From Podarcis cretensis (lineage: Eukaryota), in the NCBI GenBank assembly GCA_951804945.1, contig OX638153.1, positions 47,926,001 to 47,990,000 on the forward strand: a DNA stretch of 64,000 nt, written 5' to 3'. The translations under genes were made by a program, and so were the position numbers. Every line of letters begins with the position of its first letter. Position 1 is the stretch's first letter. The notes beneath the pieces are model-generated. The model saw nothing but the letters and a program-made list of their open reading frames with translations. It did no database searches and had not been told where the DNA came from. Shown here one piece after another: positions 60,707 to 64,000 of this stretch.

Positions 60707-62168
60707 GGAGACAGGTGAGGTTGGTGAGTAAAGCAAAGTGATCAGGGGTGTAAGCCCCTTAGTATGCAGTCTATCTACATGCAATTAATACATGGTAGGA
60801 AGACTGGAATTATTCCGATTTTCCCTAGCCCTGCCCAAGTTCCACACATTGAACTAGTCATGTGTACAGAGTCTGCAGCTGTTCAAGCTTGCAGGGTACA
60901 GATAACACAATCAGAACCTATGTAGTCAACATTTAGGTTCTTTGGAGATTTCTCACTCTGTAAGGGTAGTCAGCAGGGGCGATCTGCCCCTGTTCGCTAC
61001 CTGAAGCAGAACCTTCTGCCCTTCATTGCGCATCGCCTTCCGTCACCAGGGCACTCCTCAAAGTGTTGCTACTTGGCTTACCCCCACCCCAGGTGGGGAA
61101 CCAATCTGCAACGTGGCACACAGGAACACTCTGGCTCCCACCAAACTCAGTGAGAGCCAGGGCACTTCTCAAAGCATTGCTGTTTAGCTTCTCTGCCCAG
61201 GGACAGGGAAGACAAGTGGCAATTCCTTCCTCTCGGTGGTGGGAAGCAGTGGGACAGGTGGAGCGCTGCCTCTTGCACTTTTGCTGCCTGAGGCAGACGC
61301 TTTGGGCTGGCTCTGGTAGTCAGAGTACAGTCAGTGTGTCCAGCTTGCTCCTCTCGTTCACATGTTGCCAGCTTATAAGAATAGGGTGCTGGCCTAGATG
61401 GGGCAGTGACCACAGCCTCTTATGTTCTTAAGTTGATGGTAATCATATCAGTTCTCTGAGCAGACCTACATAAAAGTGGAGGAATAAGAGCTTTTTTGTC
61501 TTTGACATAAAATGTAGGAGTTTAATTAATGATGTTGAGAAACACTCTTGGCCAATTTACATTAAAAAGTAAAATCACCACCAATTAACACAGCATTCTT
61601 TGCACATTGTATAATTAATCAATCTATAGCACTCACAGAATGCTGGAATGAACTCTATCAGAACCTTTAAAAAGTTTTCAGCGATTCCACCATAGATACA
61701 TCTGTCAATGCATAACAGAACACTCTGTGCTTTGTGCTGGGAATGTATACAGGGCCCACAGTGTTGTGCCAGCACAGTACTATGGGACAATGCTGCTGTA
61801 GCGATGGCCACCTTCAACTCATCCCTGTTGTAATTGCTCTTTTAACATGTTTAATTATTATGCCATTTAACAAGTTTGTTTTATTATATATTTTAATTAC
61901 AGATGTTTTAAATGCTTTGCTGGGATGGTTTTATTGTGCATTTTAATTAGGCGTGGATATTTTATAAATCATTTAATACTTGTAAACAGCTTAGAAGCCT
62001 TTGTCAGATACAAACCTTGCAAACCTAGAAGCATTTGTCAGATAAGCAGGATATAAATTAATAAAATAGCAGAATGCTATGCTGCACAGCACACAGCTGA
62101 GGGGAGCTGGAGTGGAGGCTGGAGACACTATATGTGAAGGCATTTTAACTACTACTATTATTATTATT

Positions 62169-62533
62169 GGGGACGCGGGTGGTGCTGTGGGTAAAACCTC
62201 AGGGCCTAGGACTTGCCGATCGTATGGTCGGCGGTTCGAATCCCCGCGGCGGGGTGAGCTCCCGTCTTTCAGTCCCAGCTCTTGCCCACCTAGCAGTTTG
62301 AAAGCACCCCTAAGTGCAAGTAGATAAATAGGTACCACTTTATAGTGGGAAGGTAAATGGCGTTTCTGTGTGCTGCGCTGGTGCTGGCTCGCCAGAGCAG
62401 CTTCGTCACGCTGGCCACATGACCCGGAAGTGTCTGCGGACAGCGCTGGCCCCCGGCCTCTTAAGCGAGATGAGCGCACAACCCTAGAGTCGGACACGAC
62501 TGGCCCGCACAGGCAGGGGTACCTTTACCTTTA
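62169..62533 (+). mobile_element. Sauria SINE (Squam1)
   Basis: GGGACGCGGGTGGTGCTGTGG, GGTTCGAATCC, Bov-B-like GAGTCGGACACGACT tail, (ACCTTT)n; flanked by TATTATTATTATTGG repeats (TSD). Confidence 0.93.
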
Positions 62534-62629
62534 TTATTATTATTATTGGCAATTACAATTTTCTCCTTCCCCACAGAGGTGCATCTAGCATCTTTGTTTT
62601 ATATAAGATCTTAAAGTTCAGCTTTAGCA

Positions 62630-62920
62630 GGAGAGGCAGTCCGGGTATCCTAGTCCCAAGGCATTTGCAGCTTTAGATATCGGCAGCAAAATCTTGAACT
62701 TAGCTTGGTAGCTAATCTTTCAGTGCAGATTTTTCAACCCAATGAAGGATGTGTAAAGCTGGGGTTCCCACTAAGTATCTGAGCCACTACATTTTCCACT
62801 AGCAGAAGCTTCAGAACTAAGCACAAAGGTAGCCCCACATTCAGCACACCACAGGAGTCAAATCATGAGGTTGCCAATGTGTGAACCATGGTGAAGTCAA
62901 GGCATGGCTATCCTTGACTA
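62630..62920 (-). mobile_element. L2 LINE ORF2 remnant, degraded
   Basis: Minus strand MVHTLATS*FDSCGVLNVGLPLCLVLKLLLVENVVAQILSG resembles L2 VHALVTSRLDYCN.LY.GLP....KLQ.VQNAAARLL.G. Confidence 0.65.
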
Positions 62921-64000
62921 TGAATAACTCATATATGAATGCAATACACAGGTGCCTAACTGATATCTGCTCGTTGCTTCCTCTAATGAGACTGCAGTTG
63001 CCTTGCAGTATAGCAATGTAACTCTGGCCTATCCTTGCCATACCAAGATTGCCCCCTAAGCAATGAAAGTACAAGCCATTCTGTGTGTCATTGAAGCTAT
63101 CTGTACCTAAAGAACTGTGTGCTCGCTGCTTATAAACGCTACTGTGTGCAGTAAATCTGAACCGAAGCTATCCTGGGGACTATTGCAACAGTTTGGTAGG
63201 GTGAGCGTTACAAAAATAAATATAAATAGCTAATGCTCTCTTCAAAGCCTTGCCCACTGAACCAAAAATGTTAATATAAGCACATGCCCTTTCCCTGAGA
63301 GCTGAAATATCAGGCATCAGCATTTAAGTGGCTTGCAAGGATATTACCAGAACGCCTTGATCCACTTACCTGCTGATAATACACAGCATAAATTATTGTA
63401 GTATTTAAGAAAGCCACCACAGCAGATCACACACTTCACTGGAATCGTCCACATCCCGGTTTGGAAGAGCTTTCATTCCCCCCCCCCCCAAAAAAAAAAA
63501 AAAAAAATTCTGTTGCTTAGTAGAAAGTTGTTTCCCAGCCTGGAATCTGTTCAAGCTAACAATGAGTTGAATATGAGACACATTTCTTTCTTTTCTTGAT
63601 GGACTGAAGCTTAGCATGACCTTGGTTAACCTTTTGTTATTAACTGGGTAGTGATGCATGATTTAATCATGAATTTTATAATGAAAGTAGCCAAAAAAGC
63701 TGGGAAGCAATTAATTATTTACCATCTTAAACCACTACAGTGAGGATGAGAGAAGCAGGTTTAGAAATGTATAGTTAAATGTGTTTTTACAAATTTAGTG
63801 TCCCGGGGTAATTATTATTTTAAAAAAAAAAAACTATTTTATTTTATGTTTACATGTCTCGGCCCATATTATTATTCTTATTAGAGTGAAAATATCCTCT
63901 TTTTTGCAGCTGACAAAGATACCGTACATACCTCTGAGGCAAAAATGAGAAGCCTTTGTTATGTCAATAATGTTTTAAAAGTTTTAAGAATTAAAAAGGC

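Noticed and set aside
150-63659. Most short ORFs in the supplied track as host genes
   Set aside because: No recognisable domains; many are antisense to TEs, inside SINEs/MITEs or produced by microsatellites (poly-L, poly-I, LS repeats).
1-64000. CRISPR arrays, rRNA genes, operons or prokaryotic defence systems
   Set aside because: The sequence is vertebrate repeat-rich DNA with no regularly spaced repeat-spacer array and no rRNA motifs.

Overview
Vertebrate (not prokaryotic) DNA, almost certainly a squamate reptile and probably a lacertid lizard. This is inferred from co-occurring Bov-B LINEs, Sauria/Squam1 SINEs, a Squam3-type SINE with a (CTT)n tail, and lizard-type L2/CR1 ends. I recognise no host protein-coding gene, so the window reads as a gene desert or a large intron packed with transposable elements. 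The main feature is a young Ty1/copia LTR element (39821-43551; I see only 2 differences between the LTRs). It encodes truncated Gag, protease, GAG-pre-integrase and integrase, but has no RT/RNase H. Also present: four solo LTRs with 5-bp TSDs (two perfect, two 4/5), a CpG-rich DIRS/Ngaro-like unit, a possible fossil DIRS RT/RH, three Bov-B pieces, four 242-bp TA-flanked Tc1/mariner MITEs, hAT MITEs, SINEs and microsatellites. Best leads: (1) a sense-strand, initiator-tRNA(Met) 5'-half-like motif plus hairpin in the U5 of two different copia-type LTRs, next to a PBS that has drifted from the tRNA; (2) the RT-less copia whose frame is nearly open into the 3' LTR; (3) three divergent solo LTRs that share an acidic/SPRTRR peptide at the protein level. 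All calls were made by eye without database searches.
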